From a virus, in IMG/VR virus record IMGVR_UViG_3300043958_000214: a stretch of 59,881 nt of DNA; one strand, 5' to 3'. The position numbers and the translations under genes were made by a program. The notes below the pieces were generated by a model that was not told the origin of the DNA, made no database searches, and was given only the letters and a program-made list of their open reading frames with translations. Position 1 is the first letter of the stretch, and every line of letters begins with the position of its first letter. Shown here in pieces: positions 1 through 10,468 of the stretch.

Positions 1-861
1 ATGAAGACCGACATGTGGGGGGCGCCCCTTCCCGAAGGCGCCGGGGATCAGCCTGGCGACGCCCGCCCCGCCCCGGAGCCTGGCGACGCCCCACCGAGGA
101 CGCCGTTGATCGCCACTCGTTCTCAGCGCCTGTCCTACGCCGTGGGTACGACGCCGTTCAGGACCCTCACTGCTCTCACCGCCTTCACCGCTCTCGCTGT
201 CTGCGGGTGGCTGGCTCGCCCCACGATCACGGATGCCCTCACCCCTGACCGGGCTGCTGTGACGCCGACCGCCCAGTCGGCGCCGGCCCCCAGTCCCTCC
301 CCCGTCGACCAGGTGGCCCTCGCCAAGGCCCGGAACGCCCTCAAGAGTACGATCGCGGACGCGGATACCGCGCGGAAGGACGCTCAGCCCGGACCGGAGC
401 TCGACAAGGTCGAACGCCTCCTCCTCATCGCCCGCGAAGCCATTCAGGGCCGCGACATCGACGCCATCAACAACGCCGAGAAGGAGCTCCGCACTTCCCT
501 CGACTCACTTCCCGCACCGGCGCCAACGCCTGTCACGGTGCCGACGCCACAGGACGCTTCCTCGCCCACGCCGCAGCCTGCCCAGCCGATCCCCGAGGCC
601 CCGTCCACTCAGCCTGCGACGACGCCCGCACGCGCTTCCGGATCCGTGTCCTGCAGCTCTTCCGCCGACGTGACCTTCCATGCCACGGGGACGGGAACCG
701 TCACCATCACCTCGGGTGGGGAGACAAGCACCGAGAGCTCGGCGGCGGAGATCACCGTCCACGTCGACGCCGGCCAGATCATCCAGGTCACCGCGACCGC
801 CGACGACAACCCGCAGATCGACACGTCCATGGACGAGTCCGTCTGCATGCCCCTGAGCTGA
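1..861 (+). CDS. Membrane-anchored Pro/Ala-rich surface protein (paralog 1)
   Basis: Single N-terminal TM segment, helical region, Pro-rich linker, C-terminal Ser/Thr-rich beta domain bracketed by two Cys; same architecture and shared PLIATR motif as next ORF. Confidence 0.7.
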   Translation: MKTDMWGAPLPEGAGDQPGDARPAPEPGDAPPRTPLIATRSQRLSYAVGTTPFRTLTALTAFTALAVCGWLARPTITDALTPDRAAVTPTAQSAPAPSPSPVDQVALAKARNALKSTIADADTARKDAQPGPELDKVERLLLIAREAIQGRDIDAINNAEKELRTSLDSLPAPAPTPVTVPTPQDASSPTPQPAQPIPEAPSTQPATTPARASGSVSCSSSADVTFHATGTGTVTITSGGETSTESSAAEITVHVDAGQIIQVTATADDNPQIDTSMDESVCMPLS

Positions 862-863
862 CC

Positions 864-1751
864 GTGAACGCTCACAGCGATCCCTGGGATGTCGGAAGCA
901 TGGGGGCGGACCTCCCCGAGGGCTCGGTCGCAGGCTCTCGTCCCGTGAAGGCCGGCGGTCCTCTCATCGCCACGCGGCGCGCGCGCCTGCGCTACGCGTT
1001 CACATCCAGGCTAGCCATGTCCGCTGTTCTCTTTCTCGTCCTCACGATCATCGCGGGTGGAGCATGGTCGCATCGCGACGATATCGCGGCGCGCCTGCGC
1101 GGGCCGGATCCGTCTCCCACCGCCGCCGCATCACCGGTGCCCTCACCCTCCCCCAGCCGATCAGAACTTAGTGCCGAGCAGATTCAGGCGATCATCGACG
1201 CGCGCGCCGAGCTCGCCGACTCGATCGCGGCAGCCGAGAAGGCGCTTTCCGGCGCCCAAGACGAGGACACGTCCGCACTCAAACTCGCCCTCTCGGCGGC
1301 GAAGAAGGCGGTCGTCAAGGCGGATCCGGACCGCATGGACGAAACGCGGGCGATCCTCGACAACGCGGTCTCTACCCTGACCGCCCCAGATCCCGAGCCC
1401 CAACCCCAGGAGACTGCGCCAGCAGCGGACCCAGCTCCCGTCCAGCCCGCGCCCGACGTGTCCACGCCCGAGCCGGAGCCAGCGCAGCCGGCCCCGGCTC
1501 CCGCACCTGTTCCCGCGGCGCCTTCGAGGGCCACGGTCTCCAAGACAGTGTCCTGCCCCGCGAAAGGGAACGTGGTCTTCACGGCGTCCGGCGGCGGGAC
1601 CGTCAATCTGAACGCGGGAGGGCAGTCGACGTCTGGGGCGGGATCCGCCTCGCTAACCATCACCGTCAGCGGCGGGTCCGTGACGGCTACCGCAACGGCG
1701 GACTCCCAGGTCGCCATCAACTGGTCGGCGTCCAGCGGCGGGTGCAGCTGA
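864..1751 (+). CDS. Membrane-anchored Pro/Ala-rich surface protein (paralog 2)
   Basis: PLIATRRARLRYA + TM helix, helical region, Pro-rich linker, SC..VxFxAxGxGTV..C domain aligning with 1..861. Confidence 0.7.
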   Translation: MNAHSDPWDVGSMGADLPEGSVAGSRPVKAGGPLIATRRARLRYAFTSRLAMSAVLFLVLTIIAGGAWSHRDDIAARLRGPDPSPTAAASPVPSPSPSRSELSAEQIQAIIDARAELADSIAAAEKALSGAQDEDTSALKLALSAAKKAVVKADPDRMDETRAILDNAVSTLTAPDPEPQPQETAPAADPAPVQPAPDVSTPEPEPAQPAPAPAPVPAAPSRATVSKTVSCPAKGNVVFTASGGGTVNLNAGGQSTSGAGSASLTITVSGGSVTATATADSQVAINWSASSGGCS

Positions 1752-1772
1752 TCCCGCCGCACAAGGAAGAGC

Positions 1773-3107
1773 ATGGGGAGCTACAACGACCAGCAGCCCC
1801 GCTTGCTGGCAGGAGCGCCGGGAGCCGGCAGATGGACTGGCACGCCTCACGCCTGCGACGAGATCGACACCCTCGACACCCCCGCGCCCGACCAGTGGAC
1901 GCCGTATGAGCATGCCAGCGACGTGTGGGCGGACGGGCCCTGGGACATCCGCATCCGCGGGACGCGCGACATGGAGGAGGCGCTCCAGCGTGTCAGTGAG
2001 GCCAATGGGCGCCTCGAACGCGCTGGAATCACCGATCGATTCACCTTGGAGCGCTCACGCCCGCTGAAGCTCATCGAGCACGGGCGCCCTACCACGTCGT
2101 GGATGGTGAGGCTCAACCGGCCCGTCATCTCCTACAAGGGCTGGTCGTTCGCCTCCGAGCTCGAATATGACGCGTCGGGCGCGATCATCTCCCACGCCTC
2201 CGTTCCGGGCCATGTCCCCGACATCATCGAATGCGAACACTGCCACACCTCGATCGCCCGTACGAAGACCTACATGCTCATCCATGAGGACGGCACGGAG
2301 ATCCAGGTGGGATCCACCTGCGTACAGAACTATCTCGGGATCCGGCCCAAAGGATTGTGGAGCCTCGACGCTGCGCTCATCGACGAGTACGGGGTGGACG
2401 AGCCCATCGACGACGCCGAGGAGGACACGAGCTATAGCGCCAGTTTTCCGGTCCTCGGCCGCCAGGACGAGGTGCCGGCCCGCGCCGTCCTCGCTGCCGC
2501 CCTCGACATCACGTCAGGCGGCACGAACTGGGTGAGACGGGAGGACACGCGAGAAGGTGTCGGCACGTCCGACATCGTCAAACAGGAGATCAAGGACTTC
2601 GGCGGACACTGGGAGGACGGCGCGAACGACCCCCGAATTGATGACGTGATCCGGGCTGTCGACGACATGCCGGGCGACACCGAGTACGCCCAGAACCTCA
2701 AGAAACTCGCCCACACCCGGGTCATCTCCTACAAGCACGCAGGCTTGCTGGCGTCAGCAGTCACCGTGTACGCGCGGCGCCGACGCGCAGAGCGTGCCCC
2801 AGCGCCCGCCACGCCGGGCTTCATCGCCGAGGAAGGACAGAAGGTCCCCGAAACCGAGGCGACTGTCATGTCGGTGCACGAGTTCCATGGCTACGACACG
2901 TATAAGCATCGTGAGGCAACGACGCGCATGGTCATCATGCGCGATCCTTCGGGACACGCCATCAAATGGACGACGGGCAGCAGGAACGTCCCCGAAGAGG
3001 GGGCGAGAGTGAGGCTGACCGGCGGGAGGGTGAAGGGCCATGGCAACTACAAGGGTGAGGACCAGAGCGTCGTGACCCGCCGGACGTTTGACCCGATCGA
3101 CGCCTGA
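1773..3107 (+). CDS. Hypothetical phage/plasmid protein with Zn-ribbon (CEHC..VGSTC) and possible C-terminal OB-like domain; divergent leader
   Basis: 444-aa ORF with GC-type codon bias; CCGCACAA-N8-ATG upstream; N-terminus YNDQQPR..GAGRW..H..DEIDTL resembles the shared leader. Confidence 0.7.
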   Translation: MGSYNDQQPRLLAGAPGAGRWTGTPHACDEIDTLDTPAPDQWTPYEHASDVWADGPWDIRIRGTRDMEEALQRVSEANGRLERAGITDRFTLERSRPLKLIEHGRPTTSWMVRLNRPVISYKGWSFASELEYDASGAIISHASVPGHVPDIIECEHCHTSIARTKTYMLIHEDGTEIQVGSTCVQNYLGIRPKGLWSLDAALIDEYGVDEPIDDAEEDTSYSASFPVLGRQDEVPARAVLAAALDITSGGTNWVRREDTREGVGTSDIVKQEIKDFGGHWEDGANDPRIDDVIRAVDDMPGDTEYAQNLKKLAHTRVISYKHAGLLASAVTVYARRRRAERAPAPATPGFIAEEGQKVPETEATVMSVHEFHGYDTYKHREATTRMVIMRDPSGHAIKWTTGSRNVPEEGARVRLTGGRVKGHGNYKGEDQSVVTRRTFDPIDA

Positions 3108-3180
3108 GGGGCGTCGGGTCGGGGCCGCAGCTGGACGAGTGGTTGCGTTCGACGGGTGCCGGTGTCGTGGGCTCCGACGA

Positions 3181-3471
3181 TTACGCTGCCAGGTGCGGAT
3201 ATCGGGAACGGAACTGCTTGTCCCTGAGGACGCCGACGTCTCCGTTTTCGTCGCGGGTCACCCAGTATCCGGGGCGGACCAGGACGTTGCCTGCGGGAGT
3301 GCGGGCCTCGAATACCCTGATGTCGCGCGTCGAGATCTCTGGATCCCGGTACTCGGCGCCCTCCGACCAATCGCGGATGCGCAGAAGCTGGGAGGTGGAC
3401 CCGTCGAAGCGGACCGCCTCGATCGCCTCGCCTTTCAGGCGCAGGAACGTGTTAGACATTGTCGTCCTCAT
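3181..3471 (-). CDS. Small phage-type hypothetical protein (PGDYG-like)
   Basis: EAVRFDG ... PGYWVTRDENGD..RDKQFRSRY pattern typical of a small phage protein family; true start may be MSNTF. Confidence 0.55.
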   Translation of the reverse strand: MRTTMSNTFLRLKGEAIEAVRFDGSTSQLLRIRDWSEGAEYRDPEISTRDIRVFEARTPAGNVLVRPGYWVTRDENGDVGVLRDKQFRSRYPHLAA

Positions 3472-3889
3472 ACTCGGAAGCGATGTAGCGTCGCACCCAT
3501 TCCTCGTTCAGGCGCGGCCCGTATTGCTTAGGGGACTTGACCTTCAACCATTCGCCTCCCTGCCAGGCCACGTAGATCGGGGCGCCCTCGCTCTCGGTCG
3601 TGTAGAACGCGGTCTGTGTCCGAACGGGGCCATGATCTGTCTCGTCGGTAGTGTCGACGAGGAACTTGATACGACCGGCTTTTCCTGCCACCTGACGGAT
3701 GTCATTGGCGCTTCCACACATAGTTGATGCCTCCTTGATGATTCGAGCGGCGAGCGCCCCGCCGGCGATGAGAATTATGGTGAGAGTGGACAGCACTGCC
3801 CACGTCGGCATCGCCTCCGCCGTGAAGATCGCGATCACCGCGCCCGCGAGCAGGAGGCGGAGCGCGACGGGATTCAGGAACTTGCTCAT
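3452..3889 (-). CDS. Small two-TM membrane protein
   Basis: Two hydrophobic helices after MSKFLN; start chosen from TCACAAC-N6-ATG. Confidence 0.6.
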   Translation of the reverse strand: MSKFLNPVALRLLLAGAVIAIFTAEAMPTWAVLSTLTIILIAGGALAARIIKEASTMCGSANDIRQVAGKAGRIKFLVDTTDETDHGPVRTQTAFYTTESEGAPIYVAWQGGEWLKVKSPKQYGPRLNEEWVRRYIASEYEDDNV

Positions 3890-3924
3890 ACACCCGTTGT
3901 GAGGCAAGGACCTTTCCCGCGCAC

Positions 3925-3982
3925 GGCATATACGAAACGCCCCAGCCCTCACACTCGGGGGCCAGGGCGTTTCGCATATGCC
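3925..3982 (-). terminator. Stem-loop downstream of ssb
   Basis: Inverted repeat GGCATATACGAAACGCCC ... GGGCGTTTCGCATATGCC just after the ssb stop. Confidence 0.6.
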
Positions 3983-4002
3983 AGGTCAGTGACCGCTGGC
4001 GG

Positions 4003-4596
4003 TCACCATGCCGCGGTGTCATCGATCGGAGCGGGAACCGTCTGGACGGGGGCCGGGGGCTGCGGCTGGGCGTACCCCTGCTGAGGAGCCTGGACGGGGG
4101 CCTGCGGCTGGGGCTGGGCGTACCCCCGCTGAGGGGCCGGGGCCTGGGGCTGGGCGTACCCCCGCTGAGGAGCCTGCTGGGGCTGGGCGTACCCCTGCTG
4201 AGGGGCCTGGGGGGCGGACGCGCTTTCCGCGCGCTGGTTGCGGGTGACCTGGGCCTTCGCATGACGCATTGAGATACCGACCTCGTCGGCCTGCATCTCC
4301 ACCACGGTGCGGTGTTCGCCCTCGCGGGTCTCATAAGACCGCTGGGAGAGCCGGCCCGAGACGATGACCCGCATGCCCTTGCGGAGGGACTCGGCAACGT
4401 TCTCGGCTTGCTGGCGCCACACGCTGCAGCGCATGAACAGGGTCTCGCCGTCCTTCCACTCATTGGTGGTGCGGTCGAAGGTCCTCGGCGTGGACGCCAC
4501 CGTGAAGTCGGCGACCGCAGCGCCCGCGGGGGTGAAGCGCAGCTCCGGGTCGGCGGTGAGGTTGCCGATGATGGTGATGATGGTCTCTCCAGCCAT
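4003..4596 (-). CDS. ssb: Single-stranded DNA-binding protein
   Basis: [38 protein letters not shown] is the actinobacterial SSB N-terminus; Q/P-rich repeated linker; acidic tail ending DDTAAW. Confidence 0.97.
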   Translation of the reverse strand: MAGETIITIIGNLTADPELRFTPAGAAVADFTVASTPRTFDRTTNEWKDGETLFMRCSVWRQQAENVAESLRKGMRVIVSGRLSQRSYETREGEHRTVVEMQADEVGISMRHAKAQVTRNQRAESASAPQAPQQGYAQPQQAPQRGYAQPQAPAPQRGYAQPQPQAPVQAPQQGYAQPQPPAPVQTVPAPIDDTAAW

Positions 4597-4909
4597 AGGA
4601 GGGGACCTACCTTTCTGGGCTGCCAGGCGAAGTCCTGGCTCGGTTTCGGGAATGGCGGCTGTTAGGCCGTCATTGGTGTTGTGAGGCAGCCGGTAGGTTC
4701 ATGCACGTCCGACTGCACCGGTAGTGGTGATGTGGGTCACAACTGTGTCGGGAGGCTGGGGCGGGCGGAAGGCCGCCCGCCCCGGGGAACCCCGATCACC
4801 TCCCCGCATTCCAACCCCGGACCCTCCGGAGTCGCTTTGTGTGTGCCACCTGCGAGTCCACAGCGGACACATGTTGGAAACACTCATATGCTCTCGATAT
4901 CAGCGAAAA

Positions 4910-7900
4910 TCACAGGGGGATCGTCCGCCAACATCTCCCTTCGACGTCAAGATCCCCTTTCAGCCAGGACAGCGCGCCCGCCGACGCCTTCTCACCGACG
5001 AAGGCGGGGTGCGCTCCGCCGGGGCCGGGGTGGGCCCACGTCCCCTTGCTCATCAGGTCGACGTCTGCATCCGAGTAGCCGGGGTGGGCGGGGTTGATTG
5101 CGTCCACGTCGGGTCCGAGGCCGCCGATGCTGCGCGGATCACGCCATGGGCGCCGGGCCGGAAGGGCCGCTTCGTCGTTCGCGGACACGTCCAGGGAGTC
5201 GATGGAGTCCGCGACGAGCTCGGTGACTGACGCTTCTTCGGTCACCGTCTCGCCCGTTTCGGTCGTTCGTTCCGTCACCACTTTGCGGATCTGGACGCGC
5301 CCGGTCACGACGACGGGGTACCCGATCCTCGGTTCCGCGCCTCGCTGTTCGAGGGCTTCGAGCGACCTCTGGAACATGATGCCGCCGACCCGGGAGCGGT
5401 CCCTGCCCTCAACCTCGATGCGGGCGAATCTCGACCTCTTCCCCGTGCGCTTCTCGAATCCCGTCAGGATTCCGACGACGCGAAGGGTGTCGCGGTCGTG
5501 GGCGTCGTGGAGGCGAGAGGGGCCGACCAGTGGTGGCATCGAGGTCACGCCCAGGCTCCGGAAGTAGCCGTCGTTGTCGCGGATCAGGTCGAGGATTGCG
5601 GCGTGCTGGGAGGCCATGGGGTGCTCCCCCATCGTCACTCCCAGCCGCAGGCGTTGACGGAGGTCCCGCTCGAAGGGCCCCCATTCGGCGGGGATCCTCA
5701 GCTCGGGTTCGAGGCGCGCCACCCGGGCCTCCATCGCCATGCCGAGGCGCGTCCCGCCGAGGGAGTCGAGGGCTCCCGCCTCGATGAGTCCTTGGACGTC
5801 TCCGGTGGTGAGGACCTTGTTGTTGACGCGGTCCATGAGGTCGGTCAGGGAGGTGAACGGCCCGCGCGCCTCCCGCTCAGCGATGATCTCCTTGGCTGCG
5901 GCGCCGACGCCCTTGATCTCGCCGAGGCCGAACCGCACCGTGTTGGAGCCGTCCGGCGCGGTCTTGAACTGGGAGGAGTTGACGTCCGGGGCCAGGATGG
6001 TGATGCCTTCGGCTGTCAGGGATCGGAGGATCTCCGACCTTTTGTCGTCTCTTCCGGTGTGGGCGAGGACGGCGGCGGCGAACGCGGCGGGCCAGTTGCC
6101 TTTCATGTAGGCGGTCTGGTAGGCGACGTACCCGTATCCGCACGCATGTGACTTGTTGAACAAGTATGAGGCTGAGGCTTCGAACGTGGTCCACAGTTTG
6201 TCCAGAGTCGACTGCTGGAACGGGGTGCGGGTCGGATTGTCGCCTGCGAGCGCGCCCGCGAACATCACCTCCTTGACTTGGGCCATCAGCTCGGCCTTCT
6301 TCTTGGAGAACGCTTTGCGCAGCTTGTTCGTGTATCCGCCGTCTAGACCTCCGATCGCGGTCCCCAGTTGCATGATCTGCTCCTGGTAGACGATTGTTCC
6401 GAACGTGGGGTCCAGGACGGAGGCGATGATCCTCTGCTCGGCGGGGTTGGTTGTCAGGTAGTCGTAGGAGACTGGGTCGCGCCCGTTCTTCCGGTCCGCG
6501 TACAAGGTGTGCATGCCCGCGGCCATCGGCCCGGGCCGGTAGAGGGCGACGAGGGCCGTGAGGTCGTCCCAGGAGTCCGGCTGGACGTTCATGGCGAGGT
6601 CGCGCATGCCCGAGGATGAGAGTTGGAAGATGCCCTCGGTCCGCCCCTCGCAGATCGTGCGGAAAGCCTCACGATCCCGCCGGATCGCCTCCGGGCTTGA
6701 CGTGTCTCCGGGGACGACATGAGCGATGTCCACTCGCTCGCCCGTGGTCTGTTCCACGTAGTCGGACGTGAGGTGGAGGATGTCGAGCGTGATCAGGCCG
6801 AGGACGTCGAGTTTGAGGAGCCCGTAGGCGTCGAGGTCGCCGCCCTCCCATCCGATGACGCGAGGCGCTCCCTCGACGACCTTGCCCTTCTTGCGTTCGT
6901 AGTACATCGGGACGAGGGAGTCGAGCGGCTCGTCGGAGATGATGGTGGCGCAGGCGTGCGTGGAGTTGTTGCGCACCACGTCCTCCAGTGTCCGGGCGAT
7001 CGAAATGAGCCGATCCCCATCTTCTCCCATGGTGGAGAGCTGGCGTCGGAATGGCTCACCGAGCGCGAAGCCCGGATCGAGGACGTCCGACAGTGGTGCG
7101 GGCTTGCCCTGGTTGACCGGGATCGCTGACGCGAGCTTCTCTCCTTGGGAGTCCAAGTTCAGCGTCCTAGCCGCGTCCTTGATGGCGCCCCGCGACTTGT
7201 CCAGTCCGAATGTCCCGACGCGGGCCACCACGTCTGCCCCGTACCTGACGGTCAGGTAGTGGAGGATCTCTTGGCGGCGTTCCTTCTCGAAATCTGTGTC
7301 GATGTCGGGGAGGCCGATGCGGGACGGGTCGAGGAAGCGTTCGAAGAGAAGCCCGTGGGCGAGGGGGTCGAGCCGGGTGATGCCGAGGACGTAGGCCGCG
7401 CATGACCCGCCTGCGCTTCCGCGACCGGGTCCCGTCCAGATCGGTTTCTTCTGCCCGGGCTTGCCCTGCGGGTACTCCGGGCAGGGGTATCCGCGCTCCG
7501 AGTTCGCCCACTCGATGAGGTCGCGCAGGATGAGGAAGTAGTCGGCGGTTCCAGCGCCGTTGATCACCTTCTCCTCCCATGCCATCCGCTGGGCGATATC
7601 GCGTCGAAGATGGCCTGGGCGCGCAGGGTCATCGCCGTACTTCTCGAGCGCTCCGGCTTTCAACAAGTCATGGAAGTACGTCTTCGAGTCCTCGTATCCC
7701 TCGGGGAGGGGGAACTTGGGGAGACGCTGGTGCGGGGCCGGCATCAGGTCGCCGTCCTCGTGTCCGGCCTCCTGGGCCGAGCGCCGGATCCGCAGGGCGA
7801 GCCGGTACGTGGCATCGCACGCTTCCTGCCACCAGTCCTCGTCGTGGAGGACGCGCATCTCAGCCCCCGTGCGGTAGTAGTACCCCTCCCCGTTGAAGGT

Positions 7901-8707
7901 GAAGCGCTTGTCATCGTCGAGGGTCTTCCCCGTCGACACGCACAGCCACGCCTCGTGGGCCAGGTGGTCTTCGGCGTCAGTGAAGTGGTTGTCATTGGTG
8001 ACAACCATCGGGAGATCGAACTCGGCGGACAGGCGGCGCATCCCATCGAGGATCCGGACCTCGGCGTCGATCTCGTGATCCATGACCTCGATGTAGACGC
8101 TATCGTGGCCCACCGCCTCGATCAGTGATTCGATCCCGCGGCGCGCACCCTCAATATCTCCCTGGGACAGTGGGCCAGCCACCGGCCCTCCCAGGCACCC
8201 GGTCAGGACGATGAGGCCCTTCCCGTGCTCCTTGAGAAGCGGGTAGTCGATGAGCGGGTGATAGCGGTAGGTATCCTCAGCCGCGTTCATCATGGAGATC
8301 AGGTTCGCGAAACCCTCCGGCGTCTCCGCCAGCACCGTCAGGTGATAGTAGGACTTCGTCTTAGTCTTCGTGTCCACGGGAGCCGACCGGGGTTGTCGAC
8401 CTGCTCCCTGGTTGCGCTTGAGGTCCTCAGGGTTCGCCTCCGAGACGTCTTCCTTGACGTCGAGCGTCTGAGGATCATGGCGTGAACCGATCGCGAGGTA
8501 GGCCTCGCAGCCGTAGATCGGCATGACACCGGCCGCACCGGCCGCCTTGTGCAGGTTGTACCAGCCGTTGAGAGACCCATGATCGGTGATGGCGACCGCC
8601 GGCGCGCCGTCATCTTTCGCCCTCCTCACGAGGTCCCTCACACGTGTCAGCCCGTCGAGCGGGCTATGCTCCGTATGGACGTGAAGGTGGATGAAGGGAA
8701 GCGTCAT
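4910..8707 (-). CDS. dnaE: DNA polymerase III alpha subunit
   Basis: PHP motifs HLHVHTEHSPLDG, AITDHG, TNDNH; GRGSAGGS; catalytic PDIDTD; LLKLDVLGL; FNKSHA; start MTLPF chosen from GGCACACA-N6-ATG. Confidence 0.96.
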   Translation of the reverse strand: MTLPFIHLHVHTEHSPLDGLTRVRDLVRRAKDDGAPAVAITDHGSLNGWYNLHKAAGAAGVMPIYGCEAYLAIGSRHDPQTLDVKEDVSEANPEDLKRNQGAGRQPRSAPVDTKTKTKSYYHLTVLAETPEGFANLISMMNAAEDTYRYHPLIDYPLLKEHGKGLIVLTGCLGGPVAGPLSQGDIEGARRGIESLIEAVGHDSVYIEVMDHEIDAEVRILDGMRRLSAEFDLPMVVTNDNHFTDAEDHLAHEAWLCVSTGKTLDDDKRFTFNGEGYYYRTGAEMRVLHDEDWWQEACDATYRLALRIRRSAQEAGHEDGDLMPAPHQRLPKFPLPEGYEDSKTYFHDLLKAGALEKYGDDPARPGHLRRDIAQRMAWEEKVINGAGTADYFLILRDLIEWANSERGYPCPEYPQGKPGQKKPIWTGPGRGSAGGSCAAYVLGITRLDPLAHGLLFERFLDPSRIGLPDIDTDFEKERRQEILHYLTVRYGADVVARVGTFGLDKSRGAIKDAARTLNLDSQGEKLASAIPVNQGKPAPLSDVLDPGFALGEPFRRQLSTMGEDGDRLISIARTLEDVVRNNSTHACATIISDEPLDSLVPMYYERKKGKVVEGAPRVIGWEGGDLDAYGLLKLDVLGLITLDILHLTSDYVEQTTGERVDIAHVVPGDTSSPEAIRRDREAFRTICEGRTEGIFQLSSSGMRDLAMNVQPDSWDDLTALVALYRPGPMAAGMHTLYADRKNGRDPVSYDYLTTNPAEQRIIASVLDPTFGTIVYQEQIMQLGTAIGGLDGGYTNKLRKAFSKKKAELMAQVKEVMFAGALAGDNPTRTPFQQSTLDKLWTTFEASASYLFNKSHACGYGYVAYQTAYMKGNWPAAFAAAVLAHTGRDDKRSEILRSLTAEGITILAPDVNSSQFKTAPDGSNTVRFGLGEIKGVGAAAKEIIAEREARGPFTSLTDLMDRVNNKVLTTGDVQGLIEAGALDSLGGTRLGMAMEARVARLEPELRIPAEWGPFERDLRQRLRLGVTMGEHPMASQHAAILDLIRDNDGYFRSLGVTSMPPLVGPSRLHDAHDRDTLRVVGILTGFEKRTGKRSRFARIEVEGRDRSRVGGIMFQRSLEALEQRGAEPRIGYPVVVTGRVQIRKVVTERTTETGETVTEEASVTELVADSIDSLDVSANDEAALPARRPWRDPRSIGGLGPDVDAINPAHPGYSDADVDLMSKGTWAHPGPGGAHPAFVGEKASAGALSWLKGDLDVEGRCWRTIPL

Positions 8708-8773
8708 ACCATGTGTGTGCCGCAAGACCGCGAAACAGCGAACAACGCCGCCGACCTCCGCATATGTGGGGCT

Positions 8774-9715
8774 ATGACAGACCAGACGAGGCGACGCCCC
8801 TTCCTCCTCGACGAGGGTGAAACCATCCTGCTCAGCGACTCAGCGCTCCAGGTGGTGACACGTAGACGGAAGTTCATGGAGGCGACCGGCCTCACCTTGG
8901 ACGAGATCTACGTCGACCCAGTACTCGCACTACCCGTCCCCATCTACCCCAAGGAATGGTCCCCCGGAACCCGCCGCTGGCCCGGAGTGAACCCACAAGC
9001 CATGTGGCACCCACTGATGTGGTTCCCCGCCAGGCTTCGCGCCCGATACACAGAAGGCGAATACGAGGAACCCGACGACTCCTGGGGTATGCGCGTCCTC
9101 CTCGAAATGAGCGCGGCAGGAATGTACGACCCCGGCAGCGGAACGTGGGTGGACATCCTCTACCACTACGGCCTCGACATCGACGACCCGATCACCCTCG
9201 ACCGCGTCCAAGACTGGCTCGATGGCGAGCCCGACCCGATCCTCGACGGCATCGAAAGTGACGTGGAGACGATCTTCGACTCCGGCGACCCCGCCTGGGC
9301 ATGGCGAACCATCAACGGCGTGCCGGAAGAGGACGAAGGAATCGGGTCCCTCGTCCGCGGAGCCGAATGGTCCCTCATCGCCCAGGACCTCGCCAGACTC
9401 GCCGACTCCCTGCGCGCCGACCTCACCGACGGGCTCGCACCCGAGATCGCCGCCCAGCGGGCATCAACCGTGTGCTGGCTCGGCGACTGGATGCTCCGCG
9501 GGGCCCTCGACGGGCCCACCGAAATGGCGATCTTCCCGGGCGGATGGACAAACCTCCTCGTCGACGCCGACGACCTCGCCCGCTCCCCCGGAGTCCCCGC
9601 CGACGAGGTCACGGGGCTCCTCGACGTCATCACCGCCCTGACCACCCCGGCCATCGAGACCTACCAGCCGGTCGCTCGCGCCCTCATCGTCGCCCTCGGC
9701 GGCACCGAAGACTGA
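8774..9715 (+). CDS. Hypothetical acidic protein
   Basis: Divergent from dnaE, strong coding bias, CCGCATAT-N8-ATG at MTDQTRR. Confidence 0.7.
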   Translation: MTDQTRRRPFLLDEGETILLSDSALQVVTRRRKFMEATGLTLDEIYVDPVLALPVPIYPKEWSPGTRRWPGVNPQAMWHPLMWFPARLRARYTEGEYEEPDDSWGMRVLLEMSAAGMYDPGSGTWVDILYHYGLDIDDPITLDRVQDWLDGEPDPILDGIESDVETIFDSGDPAWAWRTINGVPEEDEGIGSLVRGAEWSLIAQDLARLADSLRADLTDGLAPEIAAQRASTVCWLGDWMLRGALDGPTEMAIFPGGWTNLLVDADDLARSPGVPADEVTGLLDVITALTTPAIETYQPVARALIVALGGTED

Positions 9716-9816
9716 CACGACGCCCGCGCGCCCTAGACGCGCTCGCGGCACGCAGGGCGTGGAAGCTGCGCGGAGCCCCAGCACACCGGGGCCCGACAAA
9801 CCGCCGGATCCACCCG
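9713..9816 (+). repeat. Left arm of ~100-nt imperfect inverted repeat (copy of the CRISPR leader/promoter region)
   Basis: CTAGACGCGCTCGCGGCAC..GGAGCCCC..CCGCCGGAT aligns with the reverse complement of 10700..10808 (CTAAACGCGCTCGCGGCAC..GGAGCCCC..CCGGCGGAT). Confidence 0.75.
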
Positions 9817-9828
9817 TGTCGCCCAGGA

Positions 9829-10431
9829 TCACGCTTGCCGGGGCTGTTCGGCCTCCAAGCCGCCTTCGGCGTGTCCCCTGGCCGCGAGCGCTGTGATGGT
9901 GTCGTCGACGCGCTCGGACGGTGGCAGTACTTTGCTGACGGCGTCGAGGGCCGTTTTCGGTAGATGTTTGACGGTGTTGATGGGTTCTCCGAGGCGTCGG
10001 GCGACCACGTCGGCGATGGCGAGGGCGTCTGCGGAGTCGTTGCCGAGGATCCTGTCGTCGTTGTAGCGGCGGATGACGCTGGCGAGGACTGCGTCTTTTC
10101 CGGCGTTGCCTGCTCCCGTGGCGTAGCGGGCACGTACCGAGGGGGGCACGATCCAGGGGTCTCGACCGATCGCCCACAGCATTTGTGTGAGGCATCCGTA
10201 TAGGCCGAAAATCGCGGTGACTGCTCGCCCTCTGGCGTGCATGGCGGGACCTTCGATCGCCGCTTCGTCGCAGTTCAGGGCTAGTTCTTTCACGCGGTCG
10301 AGGATCATTTGCACCCGTTGATAGCCGCGGGTAGGCCCGGGCTTGAGGGTTTCTACGAGGTCGATCGTGCCGGAGTCGATGATGACGAGTCCGGTCGAGG
10401 TGAGTGATTGGTCGATGCCGAGGATCCTCAT
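9829..10431 (-). CDS. RuvC-like Holliday junction resolvase
   Basis: MRILGIDQSLTSTG, AIEG, YATGAGNAGKDAV, NDSADALAI: the RuvC catalytic motifs in order. Confidence 0.88.
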   Translation of the reverse strand: MRILGIDQSLTSTGLVIIDSGTIDLVETLKPGPTRGYQRVQMILDRVKELALNCDEAAIEGPAMHARGRAVTAIFGLYGCLTQMLWAIGRDPWIVPPSVRARYATGAGNAGKDAVLASVIRRYNDDRILGNDSADALAIADVVARRLGEPINTVKHLPKTALDAVSKVLPPSERVDDTITALAARGHAEGGLEAEQPRQA

Positions 10432-10468
10432 GTCATGTGTGTGCCGGATGCCGTCTCAGAGTGGATCA

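Noticed and set aside
4055-4215. Tandem GGCTGGGCGTACCCC repeats
   Set aside because: Encode the QxGYAQPQ linker of SSB; not a CRISPR
9829-10431. RuvC gene as a TnpB/Cas12-like effector
   Set aside because: 200 aa with resolvase-type motif spacing, no Zn finger or guide-binding lobe, and the repeat is type I-E
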